Shown: positions 34,395 to 47,851 of the stretch, piece by piece | Layout: each line of letters opens with the position of its first letter | How positions within the stretch are numbered: the first letter of the stretch is position 1 | DNA from: the human T2T-CHM13v2.0 reference genome, Homo sapiens | Length of the DNA stretch: 64,000 nucleotides | Strand: one strand, 5' to 3' | Assembly: GCF_009914755.1 (NCBI RefSeq) | Contig: NC_060926.1 | The notes under the pieces: model-generated | Database searches by the model: none | The model's input: only the letters and a program-made list of their open reading frames with translations | What the model was told of the DNA's origin: nothing | Translations under genes and position numbers: made by a program

Positions 34395-35654
34395 AAATTT
34401 TTTCAAAATAATTTGTGTTTAAACGGAAATAGTATATACGGTTATACCTGACCTAAATATAATCCACAAAACCTGTCATTTCACGTCATTAAAAAATAAG
34501 AGGAAGAGTGGTTTTATTTACTTCTGACATGTGGAAACACCTAAAAATGATCATCTAATCATAATTATTTCATGCTTGTCTAATTTTTAAAATATATCAA
34601 ATATTGGGTCTTTGCAGTAGCACACCATGTTTATCAGATATTTATTTGTGTTCTTGAGTTCAACCATGGAATTAAAATAGAATGTCCTTATGCTGAACTT
34701 AAACAATTTAAATGAGGCTTAATAGTAGACAACAAAATACAACAGCCAATGCTTTTGTGCACTTCACACAGATTGGTATCATGTTTAAAATAAAAACTTT
34801 GCCACAGTTATTTCCTCAGCAGCAGATGAATGGAGGCAGCAGCTAAATGACTGCCTCCCCAAATTTTTGTAAATAATGTCACAATGCAAGTCAATCATAT
34901 GACTTTTTACTACATTTTTGAAAAATGTCAGTTAACTGGTCATTATTTAAATATAGAATGAGGAATTTGGAAATTTACTTTTTCCTTAGATTAAGTTAGA
35001 AGCATTCAGTTCATTGGAAGCACTGTGGTCATCTTTCCCAAAGCCAATGCAGAATGGACCAGTAAAGTGGGCAGAAGGCATTTCTTCTTGAATGCAGAAT
35101 GTGAGATAAGGAGGTGCCTGTGGCAATGTGGCTGTCAGGAACAATGCTTACATGTGTTCTGCTACCAGAGAAAAGTCAAGAGACTAGGAATTCCAAGCAC
35201 ATTCACTTGGAATGGATCATGCTAAGAAAGGCAAGCTGAATTTTTTGATAAAAATAGAATAGAGCATATTAGTAGAGTCCTCAGTTGGGGGCCTACAAAA
35301 TTGAAAGGAAATCTGCCTTAAGGCTGAATCTATGCTGGGAAAACTTGCAGGGCAGAAGGTGTTTTCATTTTTTTTTTTCTGCTCAGAGCTCTAATTATGG
35401 GAGATGGGCAGAACATAACACTTGAATATGGTCTTGAAACTTTGTGGTATGTATTGTGAGCCATTTAAACGGGCTACATTGACTCCAGCTTCCTTCAAAG
35501 TTGGAAGCATATGGCGTTCACTTTTTTCTTAAGGTGTTTTGGTTCAACCATTAATGTTTGGAGTTCATAGTATGAAGTAACATCATTTTTTAAAAAACAT
35601 AGAGCAACAGAGAAATTTAGGTTACATAAAACAAAGACCTATAGTTCCCTGTGT

Positions 35655-35900
35655 TTTTAACATAGGCTTTCCCTACAAAGCAGAGCTTGAAACAAAAGCT
35701 GTATACAACTGGCTTATTTTGGAACTGACCTCAGAGAAGAGAAGAAAGAGATGAGAAAGAGCGAAAATGGAAAGAAAGGAAGATAATTAAAAGGGTGGAT
35801 TCTTGCAATGGTCATCACAGGAAGCAATTGGCCCTCATTCCTATTGTGAGCTTCTGAAAAGCCATGCAGAAATCATCTCAGAATTATCTGATTGAGGAAT
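35655..35900 (-). mobile_element. Old ERVL LTR fragment (LTR33/LTR16-like)
   Basis: aagcagagcttgaaacaaaag...ttattttggaactgacctcagag...catctcagaatt. Confidence 0.45.
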
Positions 35901-37517
35901 TTAAAAAAGAGAGCTCTTTTTTTCTATCAGTGGAGCCTAACTCTACAATTTAGAGTAAAAGAAGACCAGATAATTTTAGAGTAGCAAAGACTAAAGCAAC
36001 TCACTTATGCAGATCTCTATGCATTAAAACCACCCATAGGAACAATTTTTCTTGATGAGGCTTCCCTTAATCTCCATTCATACTTGACTATTTCTATTTC
36101 TCAGATGATTCTTTTATTTGGGAAATAGTGGAGAAAATTTGGTGATTGTAGAGTTCTATTTTTTTCCCCGTGTATTCTCTTAACAAATGGTAGTTATTGA
36201 GTAGTTTCTTGAATGAAGAGCTTGAGACCTAAGTTTACCATGACATATCTTCATGACATTGACAGACCTACTCAATCTGAGTCTGATTTTCTACCAAATT
36301 TTGTAAGGATAATATGAAATAAAATATATTAAAGCACTTTTCAAGCTGGAAAGTACTTTTCAAATATAAGTAAGTATACTCTTATGCTATTTCAGCCTTC
36401 TGGTATCCAGTGTTTTTCTTGGGGCGATTTTCTACCAATTACAATAAAGGAACCCTTTAATATTTCTCCTAATAGATATCATCTGGCCAGATTACTTAGA
36501 GCTTCCCAGACTTCAATAGGAAACCTTTTTTCCCCCAATATATTATACAGTTATTTATTATACAATAAAAATAATATGCAAAATGTGGCCTGTCCTTTGA
36601 GGGGTTGCTATTTTGTTCTAGAACCAAGCACTCAAGGGCCATTTGGGGGGTTTCCTTGGCACTGAGTCTGGGTGTGTGACAGACTGAAAAACTCTGCTCA
36701 ACGCCCACAGTGCTGAACATTCCATGTTCTAAATATATAGCTGGAAAACTTCCCAGATTGTACATCTGCCTCTCTAATTTACACCTCCAAAGATGAGGGT
36801 GAGCAAGGAAGAGGTGAGAAGCTTTAATGAACTACTTGGAGCCTTTGCATGTGCTATGAGAAACTTCCCAGCACACACTGAAGCCTGGCAGCAGTGGGCT
36901 GGATGGAAAGCAAGTATGTGAACATTCTGTTTCAGTGATGTCCAGTACATTCCAATGGCCACCCTACCTTCAAAGAGTGACCAAGAACCCCTTCCTTTCT
37001 TCATTCTTATCTTCTATCAGCCCTTCTAATATGTTTCCTAGGCCCCAAATTGGATAGTCACTGAATCCTCCCACTCAGTCATCTGCCAAAATGCTGGTCC
37101 CGGTGTGACTGGGGACTACTTTGATGAGTACATGTTGGGTTTACTTACCCCTACTCTGGATGCTACCTAAGTAGAAACTATGTTTACATTGAACCAAATG
37201 TTTACCTTAAAAATAAAACTACTAAGACACTGAAATCAGCAGGATAGTGCTGGAAAGATCATGTAAATTCTAAGTTGGATGTAGTGAAAGAGGAACAAAA
37301 TTTGTAGAGCAAACCTGCCTAATGTTCAGTCTTAATTAATGGTGCTTCTCAGCAGGCTGTTCTTACAGTTCATAGTGTGAAAGTAATAATCTGTTGCTTA
37401 TTCGTTAAGTGTGGACTTTGTGATTAAACTTAAGATAACCCTTAAAGTGGCATTTTCCACATCAGCATGGCAGGTTATACCTTCTTTGTTCATGTCATAA
37501 ATGCCTCCTCATTTTTC

Positions 37518-37998
37518 CATGGGTTCTTATCCTGAGGCCCATGGACCTCAGATAGACCATGAATATAATTCAATATATTTTTGAATGGGGAAGGGAAAAA
37601 ATATATGTTTACTTTTGCTACCCTCTAACTGAAATTTAGGGTATATTTAAAAATTATCTGTAGGCTGCAAGCCTCTGTATCATCAGCAGAAGCTATGACT
37701 TTGTCACCAACAGAAATTAGGTATTTTCATAACAGGTCACAGTTTTTGTAGATATAGCAAAAACATTTAGGTTCATTACTTTTTTGAGTTAGGAAAATTA
37801 TTAGAGTCATCACGAGATCTTGTTATTTAATGCATTAATGAAGAAACAATTATTTCTACATAAAAATTTTATTTTATAAATATCTATATTTCCATATAGT
37901 TTTCTGTGTATTTTATTTCATGCATTTAAAAATATTGTCTGTGAAAAGTTTATCAGACTACAAAAGGTACTATATAAAAAATAAGCTAAGAACTCCTA
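37518..37998. mobile_element. MER113-like hAT-Charlie fossil
   Basis: Ends catgggttcttatcctgaggcccatggac ... gctaagaactcct; internal tgactttgtcaccaacagaaat and ttatttaatgcattaat. Confidence 0.65.
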
Positions 37999-38194
37999 TT
38001 AGACTTATGTCATAATTTACCTGCTCTATGAAGACTCCATAACTTCTCTAGAAGACCACTCAGCATGTCAGTCTTTGTGCATTCACTGCACTTAATTTAA
38101 AAATTATAATTGACACATCACATCCAGTCATGTACTGTTCTCCTGCTCCATATTGTGAGCTCCTAGAGGGCAGAGATGCTCCCTCTATCATAAG

Positions 38195-38440
38195 TAGCTC
38201 TGGAGCTGGACTGCTTGCAGTCCTCCCAGATGACTTGCTTAACCCCAGCTGTGATACCTAACCCTAGATGTGTTAGCTATGAGCAATGTGATGCTGGACA
38301 ACAAGCTTCAGTTTTCTCAACAATGGAACAAAAATAATAATAGTAGTTACTTCCTATATTTGCTCGAAGGATTATATGAGTAAAGCACTTAGCACAATGC
38401 CTGAGAGAAAGTAAGCACTCAACGAATGTTAGTAATCATT
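38195..38440 (+). mobile_element. MIR embedded in L2 3'-end fragments
   Basis: cttcagttttctc...aataatagtagttacttcctat...aggattatatgagtaaagcacttagcacaatgcctg...taagcactcaa. Confidence 0.75.
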
Positions 38441-40113
38441 GCCTTCATCTTTATTATCATTTTTCTTAGCAACAGCAGCAGCAACAGTTTCATTAGTTGT
38501 GGTGGTGGAGGATATAGTAGAGGCAGTAAAATCTTTGCAGCTTCAAGGTTTTAGCGCAGCACTTGCCTGGCACATAATAAGCACTTAATAATGAATAAGT
38601 GAAATAGTGAATAGAATGTTTTTAATTCAGACAATTAGGATAGATCTATAACTCCAGATCTGAGAACATCAGACATGCACATAAAATTATAAACCAACCA
38701 ATCAACATGTAATTTATAGAATCTCTGCTATGTGTCCAATACCATGCTGAAGATTCCAAGTTCCTTTACAACTCTAGGGAATTTATAATTTTGCAGGTTG
38801 AGGGAAGAAACAAATCACCCACACCCATACACACATATGCATGTGTATGAGATTAATAAGATGTTAAAGTACAAAGGATTTTTGAGATACCTCCTCTAGG
38901 AACTGGGTGACTGCTGACTCTTTAGGGAGAAGCTTGAACATTTGAGTCCAACATTGTCAAATTACACTCCTGTGACTTCTCTCCTATGCCCACTCCCCCA
39001 AACTCCTATCTTCTTCTTTATTCATTTCATAAGCAGTTGTGCTTCCCATCTGACCACCAATTTTCTTGCCTAGGGAATTGTCTCTTCTCCATGAGGAATG
39101 CAGGCGCTTCAGAGGAAAAAAAGTAGATAACTCAGGGAATGGGTGATATGCAGAAGGCAACAGAAGGAAAAATTATAGAGAAAGGCTTGGGGAAAGACTA
39201 TATTTGAAATCCACGATCAACTATGAATAGAAACTGTTATTGAGACTTACATATCATCTTAAACATTCCTTTAGAATGTTTAGTAGAAAAGTCTTGTTCT
39301 AATCCTGTTTTTGTCACTATCTTTATGATATTTATGATCCATGACCACTAACCATCTTTTGGAAAACTCAGGTAACCTCTCCGGATTTGAAATTTCTCTT
39401 CTGAAAAAAAGATTAGATTCTATGATCTCTACAGTCCTTTCTGTTACTAAGTTTCAGGTTTATTTACATATCTTTGTTCATTTTATTATGTCTTCTATGC
39501 AGTGATTCTTCAATTTTCTTGTACCCTTTTAATATAGAATACTGCCTATATTATACATATATTGTACCTTTTTATATAGGTACAACCTGTATACCATTTA
39601 CTTGTCTGTATGGAAACTAAGGAGTAGAAAAGCATTACAATTTATATCTCCTATGTCATGTCACTTTGGCTCTGAAATGTTTTATTATCATTTTTTATTT
39701 CCTAAAACAAATTCTTTGGGATAATTTTAAACTCAGGTTAGATAAAGAAATGGAGGCAGTTTGTATTCATACAGAAACTCCACACTGAATAGTCCTGGCA
39801 ACAGTAGAAACTGCCTCATAATTTCTGTTCTAAAAAGGCATGAAGCAAAAAGGCAATAGAGTACACAAAAACTACTTAACAATTCCTGAAATTTTAATGA
39901 TGACTTGCACCAGTTTAATCATTATTTTTCTGTTCTTCAAATACCATATTTTCTTAATACTAGATACATGCATATACATTTTCTCACATCTTTTCAGCCA
40001 ATCTCTTGACAGATGGGAAAGATGTGTTTATTGCCTTTACTTATGCCTATACAGTGTCAGATGTGCATAAAAGGAATATGACTAGATTGTCACCTACATT
40101 GAGTTACTAGTGT

Positions 40114-40707
40114 TGTTACAGGACCAGCAGGTTCATAAGCCTGCTGTGCAGTAACAGACAAACACATTGTGACAGCAGGATTTGCAGCAGAGAAAGAGTT
40201 TAATGATTGCAGAGTGGCTGAGTGAGCGAACAGGAGGAATCCTCGAATCCATCTCCCTGGGGAGTTTTGGGCTAGAGTTTTTAAGGGGATCGTGGAGGAC
40301 AAGAGGCTGGAAAGTAGAAGTTATTGACTGCTTGGGATAAGGGGGATGAAATCACCAGGATTGGAAACTGCATTCTTTAGTCAGTCAGATCTTCATGGAG
40401 TTCTTCAGGCCAGCTGGCATCAGTAGTTTTATTGGCACGCAGGACCTTGAAAGAATATCTTAAGTGGAAAACTTAACATTTCACAATGCTTAAGATGTTA
40501 ACTGTAGAGTAGTTAAGAGGGAGTATAATCTTGTAACAGGTTCTATGTGATTTGGAGGCAATAGGCAGAAAACAATTTGAGAAAGCAGGCCAGAGAGCAA
40601 GCTGGCTTAATGATGAATGCTGAATGTGCTGCAAGCTTGGCTTATTTTCATGTTTCCCCCTCCCTTCTTCTCTGGTTGATTTTATAAAGTTTATAGAAAC
40701 AGTTTCA
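40114..40707 (-). mobile_element. LTR26-like ERV1 solo LTR
   Basis: Minus strand starts tgaaactgtttctataaactttataaaat and ends cctgtaaca; near-TSD gtgt/gtat. Confidence 0.8.
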
Positions 40708-41655
40708 GTATTGATAAAATCTTATGCAGTTTATGTTTACATTTGTATTCTCCAAAGTCATTTAAAATGTCATATTAATGTTGCCACTACAATTAAATTA
40801 TAAAACAAAAAATAACATTGAAATAACAGCTATAAGATTTAAACACCTGTCACTGGAGAAAAGACTACATTTCTATGTTTTCTTGTGAAGAAATAACCAA
40901 GAGATTTTCAGAACTTCACGATGCAAGCTATGAATAAATAAAGTTGTTTCATTTTTTTATTCAGATATATCCAAAATATTTGCTTGTCACATACTAGGCA
41001 ATGTAATTAAAAACAGTAGACATTGCCAAATCTTTATAACTAAATCATGGAATTCTCAAAGCTAAAAGAAATTATGATCCATTTTGTGCATCATGTAGAA
41101 GTATCAGTCAGGTGAAAAAATTTCCATCTTTTAAAGATTAACTGTTTGGAGATGCTGCATGACTTTCAGTGATTCAATGAGGAAAAAATGAAGCAAACTT
41201 AATCAAATAATAGACAAAGTGTGACTCAAATATGCCTCAAAATTATACTACCAATTTTAATGCTGCTAAATGTAACTAATTAAATTAGTTAATTTAAAAG
41301 CACCGGTTTTGCAGTGAAGTGCTTTACTTGGTGCCTTGGTGCTCCTGCCACATTGTATCAATTTAAGACCAATATTACATAGGATTATGAAATACTTTTC
41401 TCTAATACATAATCGTGTTTTCATAAAAAGTGAATGTAAGATTTTTGCACAATAAATTTTTTCTCAAATAGCTATACAAAATATCTCTAGTCAACACAAT
41501 CCATAAATTTGGAATGAGTTCCATGGACAATCAATCTTATCAACTAAAAATAAGTTTAGCAGAAAATTCTATGACATGACTGTTATTCTTGATAGCATGG
41601 CTAGCCACACTGAAGCCCTTGATGCTTAAACATGTCATTTAGAGAAGATCTAAGT

Positions 41656-41838
41656 CAGTGGTACTCAAAGCATGGTCCCTAGAACACAGCATTAGCATCA
41701 TCTGGGAACCTGATAGAAATACAAATTCTTGATTTCTCAAGATCTTCTGAATCAGACTCTGGAGGTGGGGTTCAGAAATCTATATTTTAACAAGGCCTCT
41801 AGGTGTATCTAATGCATGCTGAAGTTTGAGAACTAGTT
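41656..41838. mobile_element. MER5A (hAT-Charlie MITE)
   Basis: cagtggtactcaaag...tttgagaactag; 8-bp TSD atctaagt/atctaagg. Confidence 0.9.
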
Positions 41839-44548
41839 ATCTAAGGAAATGTTATGAAACCTATAGTGATCTTCATTTTTTCTTCTGGTGCTTATGGTAA
41901 GACTAAAAGGACAAGCATTCACCAAAGCTTGCAGAATGAGAATTTGGTAGAAAAAATGACTCAAAGTAATCCCAAAACGTCAATCTTTGATAAGGTGCAC
42001 AGAAATGAACTTGATAAAATGATATCATGTTGTAGGAAAAAACTTACAAATGATTCTTTGATTCAGAATGTGAAAAAGGTCTAGACTAAAACTTAGATAT
42101 TTCCATTGAAGAAAAAAGTGCTGTTTAAGTCTAGGAATAATTAAATATTACGGTTGCTAATAATTGTGCATGTACATTTAATATGGAGTTTGTTTCTTTA
42201 AAAAATCTAGCAATAAAGACACATGATAAATGACATGTTAGATCTGATGAATTATGATAGAAATTAAAATGCAATAAATATATATTAAACATATGTAGAT
42301 AGAGTTCTTTACTATAGACCTTCTCAGCACCGTTATTATAAAGCTCATTATAAAGTTCCAAAAGGTTTGTAGGGTATACTTGATTTTTAAATTTTGACCA
42401 TGAGGCCCATTTATTTACATAAAATCTTGGCAGAACCCTGATTTCATTGAATTTATTTTTATAAATCTGTTTAGATAAATAACAGAGTTGTTATGGATTC
42501 TTATAAAAGACAGAGATGCCAGACATAGGGTAAGTTACCTTCCTAAATTTCTAAGCTTTTTGGTCTGACCACAAATAGAATAAGGATGATCTCATCCAAA
42601 CCTTCCTTTCATTGGTACTTTTGTCAGAGACTGACTTTAGAACTGGATAAAAAAGAGATTGATTCCATTTGAGTTATTAAATTTGGCTTAAACGGTGGAA
42701 ACCCATCAGGAGCTTTTCCGAACGAATGGTACTTTAAATGAGGTGCCCTAAGTAGTATAGGGGACCAATTTTATTGGCAAATGCAATATCTTAATGCCTC
42801 AAATGAGTGCCCAGCATGCCGGAAGTCCTCGTAAATCATTTATCTCCCGTAGCCCTAAGAAAAACTAAAGCAACATATGGGCCAGACCCCAAGTCTTCAT
42901 TATTTCTCTGATTCTACTGAATCATGATGTCTTAGTTAAGAAAATGCTCATTCATATGTTATTAAAACAAATTTTGCCTAAAATACTCCAAGTATAGTAA
43001 TAGAAAAGTCATAAAGTATTTCATTCTACTTATTTGACTAATAAAACAGAAAAAGTACATATTAAATAAGGTATCTAAATCCATTAGTGAATATCTTATC
43101 ACTGTCACCAATAAACAAAACAAACCTTGAAAGCATATATTTGATGATGTTTTCAATAATATAGACTGAACTATGTTTAATGCTACCAAATGTAAAGAAT
43201 AATAGTAATATTTATGAAACTTATTTTCATGGCATTAACAATGACATCCAGTGGCTGTCTCTTTAAATAATATATATCTGGATACTTTATACTGCTCAAA
43301 TAAATGGTAATTTAATGTTGTTCTGAAATTTTTCCTATGTGCATTTCAGGCTCTTATATAATACATCTATAGTTTCAAAGGTCACCCAAGAGGAAAGATA
43401 AAGTTTGAGTAGAAAGGGTTGTATAGTGAGCAAATTATTCCCAGCCTCTTTCTATCTCAGTAGTGAATTTACCCTAAGGGACGAATATGACAGTATAGTT
43501 TAATTTCCTCATTTTTAGTCCTCCTTGAGGCCACTCTTTCTTGTGGGCACCTAAAAGGGACTTCAGAAGGATTTTATCCTATGCTGTTTTATTTTCATTT
43601 ATATCGGTCAATTAATTATGTACCTGTGACTCAGACTCAGTTTAGATCCAGGATATTTTCCTTACAGTCATTTATTGCTGCCACAAAAATACTCTTAGAA
43701 AGCCTTGGGACAGACTTAACTTATCTGCCCTCAAATAATATATTTTTAATTTTTTCTATTTAGAGAAATTTAAAGGAGTTACCTTAGTAACCACTGTAAT
43801 GTACATATTCTGCTGGGATTTTGTTAGTCTGACTTTTTATAGTAATGCAATGTTAACAGAGCACGAGAATAAAGGCACACTTTTTTATAGAGCAAACTTG
43901 CAATCTAGGTCAAACATACGTTTCTCAGAGAAGTATTCCCTTGTGACCTCAGTTTTTCCTTGATCATTATTTACTTTTTTAATAACTCCAAACAAATTTG
44001 TCTTTTTTAAATGAAGAAGATGGTATGTAGAAAGATGATAGGATAATAGAGGGGATGTAAATTAGAGTTTTTGGTAAATGCTAAGGGTAAAACAACAAAT
44101 TAAGAAATAATGTGCAATGATAAGATTCATACTTACAAATCACGTGACTCTCCGCAGAAAAATAAAGTTCAAATTCTTGTGAAATTATAACTCAGGTCCT
44201 GAGATTAATTGATAGTGATCAAAAAGCAAAATAAGGGAAAGGAGGAGTTAGTCATATTTTAGCCATTTGTAAGCATTTTACAATATAATATGTAACATAT
44301 TGTATATACATAGTATATCTAATTATACATACACAATATCACCTACAATAATGCTTCAAGAAGAGAAAATATTGTTAACTGTAGTTTTGGCCGATAAAGT
44401 TCATGCCATTTTAAGTACAAAGTTGGTGATCATATGTCAATAGTTATGCTATTTGAAGAGCTAAGACCTCATTTATCTACTACTGTTGGGAAACACAGTA
44501 TTCTTTATCAACAAATTTTAAAATTGAAGTTTCGATAACTGAGTGCCA

Positions 44549-44549
<1 letters not shown>

Positions 44550-44599
<50 letters not shown>
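44550..44599. repeat. (GT)n(GA)n microsatellite
   Basis: Visible directly in sequence. Confidence 0.95.
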
Positions 44600-45182
44600 T
44601 ATTCAGTGGGCATTTTGTAAATACACATATTCTTGCATTGGTCTAAAGTCTTCAGTGCTGCCCCTGATAGAACATTAAGAGTCAGAAAAAAACAGGCCTA
44701 TAAAGAGAAATTATTCCCAGGACCCATCCCTACTGCTAGTTACCTGAACCCTCTTTCTAAGAATGGTAAAAGCTTTGATAAAAGAAAGCATTACAACTAA
44801 TAACATAATTATATATGCATACATAATTCTGATAATGAGACGGCCTGGTGGGAAGGGGTCCCCAGAGAAAGTCCAACTAGCCTGTGTACTGGGAGGAGTG
44901 CACACTGGGGTGAAGCCACAGGAGTTCATGCCATTTGCAGTGGAGGAGGAACATGGTTCCTCTTCTTCCTGGGTAGAACCTGGAATTCAACCTGCCGGGT
45001 GGGAAGCACACTAGCAGGACCCTGGCTTTGCAGAGGGTCCCTGTTTGCTTTTTTTTTTTTCTTTTTGCCCAATAAATTCCATTATTCTCACCCTTCAAAT
45101 TGTCTGTGAGCCTAATCTCTGATGGCCATTTGACAAGAACCCAGCTCCTAACTGAACTAAGGAAAAAGTCCTACAATATCTT

Positions 45183-45200
45183 TGGCACCCAACTTGGGGC
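45183..45200 (+). other. Primer-binding site, tRNA-Lys(CUU)-like
   Basis: tggcacccaacttggggc vs TGGCGCCCAACGTGGGGC: 16/18, both mismatches at CpG positions; lies just after the 5' LTR. Confidence 0.8.
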
Positions 45201-47335
45201 TTAGAAGGGGCGACTGAAATGGGAACTCAAGACCTTTCACTGTCACTTCTAAGCCTTTTAATCCTCGGACTTCTGAGGGTAGAGGAAACCATACCTCCAC
45301 CCCTGTCACTCCCAGGATCAGGGGCTTTTCCATGGCCTTTTTCTTCTAGTTTCAGGCTCGATGGGTGAGCGACGGTTCCTCACTCCCCTTCCACTCCCGG
45401 CTGGGGGTGGGGAATGTCACGTGTCCATGCCTTTCCTCAGCCAAGGGTTCAACTTCATTGGACAGTAATTAAGCTTTTCTCCCTGGTGGAGGAATCAGTT
45501 GTGTAAGAATAAGACATTGATTCCCCAGGCATCCTTTTCCCTACAACATCAGCAGGTAACTTTTAGTTTCTTTTCCATTTGGAAGGCGTTTTACTAGGCT
45601 AGAAGTGATAAGGATCACTGTTTATATTCTCTGTAAAGTTTTAATTATGAAAAAGGATTTGTGAGGTTGACCTTAAGCTGTAGCCAATCTAGTGTGCTTT
45701 GCATGTCTGTATGGTTCATAGCAAACTTCTCTGCAGGCCTCCATCTTATTTAACATCCTGGGGGCATGGCCTGTAACTCCGTGGCAAGGCTTTGCTTAGC
45801 AATCCTGCCTTAGGGAATGAGTTCCTTTCTGGCTTGATATCTGCATGTTTTCCTAGTCCTGTATCTTAAAGCACACCACCAGTGGAATGGGTTTTCTCCT
45901 GCCTGTGTGTGTAGTTATATGTGTGTGTGTGATGTCTGTAAAAAGAACTCTAATTAACTTGGCCTAAAGAAAGACAAGCACTTGGATCAAATATTTTTTA
46001 AAGGGAAGATAAAAGCCGTTGTACCTTTCAGTTCATGTGACTTTAATTTTTGAGGAATAAAAACAGCCTTAAAGATTATTGGCAAAAGGCAGATGTCATC
46101 AAAGTGTAAATAAGGTGACTAAATTATGCAGGTTATATGTAAGGTTTGCTAAGTACTTTGAGGTTATAAACTGCTTTTTGGATTTTGAGAAGTATTTAAC
46201 TTGCTAGCTTCACAGTTGGTAAGGCCAGGGTACATATGGGACACACACGCCCTTAATTATGCTGGGAGTCAAACCATGGCTGCACCTCCCACACAATTAA
46301 AACAATTTACCAGGTTTTAAATTAAAGTTAATAATTACTAGGAGTTGCCATTATAACATGTAATTGAGACTACTGGAAATACTTACATGCAAGTTGTGTA
46401 AGAACAGTAAAATGTGGGGGGTTTTTTGGTAAAAGATTATAAGAATGCACAGAAATGTAATTTTCTGCCTAAGGTTAAAGGATTATTTTAAATTAGGATA
46501 AAGCTGAAGGTTTAAACAAGTGGTGGAAGGACTGTGGAAATTAATTTTGTAGAAGAGGTTCTCTGTGTGAACAATTAACTCACAAAGGTATTACATGGGT
46601 TTTCTGTAAATTAAGCATTAAAATGTAAAACACAATAAGGTATTCTTAAGGTGTTAACCTGCTCTTAGGTAAAATTTGTGAAGGGTTATAAAAGGTTTTT
46701 GCTTGTTTAAAATTTCTGAGTCATTATTTTGGCCAAATATCTATGGTAATATGGAATTCTATTTCATAATATCAAGTGTTTTAAACTTCGAGCATATCAA
46801 ACAGCCTTCCCCAAATCTAACTTTAGTTTCAAAATTGTCCTTCCTGATGCCTGGCTTTTTTTATAGATCAGAGGACCACTGAGACATCTAGAAAAGAGGT
46901 AAATAGGATTATTTGACATGTTTAGGTACATGGGATTGCCAAAATGATATTCAGTCTTTTTAGGTTATATTTTTTGTGAGTAATACTAATATGTGTTCCA
47001 AAATTGTATGGGATTTCTAAAACTCTGAAGTCTAAGTATATGCTATCGATCATAATTAAGGTTGTTATGTTAAGTTATTGTAAACCATGGAGACAACCAA
47101 ACTTCTTGGTCAAGTGTGTTTCTAACTGTAACTAACTTGGACATTTTGCTATTCACAGGCAATTGTTGTCTTGTTTTAATCTTTTTCAAAAGATGATTTA
47201 TAATAAGATACAATAGAATTGTAACAGGTGTTCTCAAATACAGGTTTCTGATAACTTTGGAGATTGTGACATTGGAAAATGACAAAGGAAAATGTACAAC
47301 ACTCATGAGGAGCTAAAATGTTCACAAATATCAAG

Positions 47336-47851
47336 TGCCGAGACCAGCTCGGTCACGGAGACCCTAGCCCAGTGGCTCTAGAGGAATTAAAGACACACAC
47401 ACAGAAATATAGAGTGTGGAGTGGGAAATCAGGGGGCTGACAGCCTTCAGAGCTGAGAGCCATGAACAGAGTTTTACCCACATATTTATTGACAGCAAGC
47501 CAGTGATAACCATCGTTTCTATAGATTATAGATTAAAGATTAACTAAAAGCATTCCTTATGGGAAACAAAGGGATGGGCCAAAACAAAGGGATGGGCTCT
47601 GGCTAGTTATCTGCAGCAGGAACATGTCCTTAAGGCTCAGATCGCTCATGCTATTGTTTGTGGCTTAGGAATGCCTTAAGTGGTTTTCCGCCCTGGGTGG
47701 GCCAGGTGTTCCTTGCCCTCATTCTGGTAAACCCACAACCTTCAGTGTGGGCATCATGGCCATCATGAACATGTCACAGTGCTGCAGAGATTTTGTTTGT
47801 GGCCAGGTGTAGGGCCAGTTTATGGCCAGATTTGGGGGCCTATTCCCAACA
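47336..47851 (-). mobile_element. MER9 (HERV-K HML-3) solo LTR nested in the provirus
   Basis: Minus strand starts tgttgggaataggcccccaaatctggccataaactggccc; exact 6-bp TSD atcaag at 47330-47335 and 47852-47857, the length typical of betaretroviruses. Confidence 0.92.

Noticed and set aside
34832-34858. Hairpin ggaggcag...ctgcctcc (and gaggcagttt...aaactgcctc at 39753-39817)
   Set aside because: 8-10 bp stems are expected by chance in 64 kb; no pre-miRNA-length stem or terminator context.
42805-42845. ETS motif ccggaagt in a slightly CpG-richer patch
   Set aside because: Single motif within what looks like a decayed L2 3' end; no CpG island or other promoter evidence.
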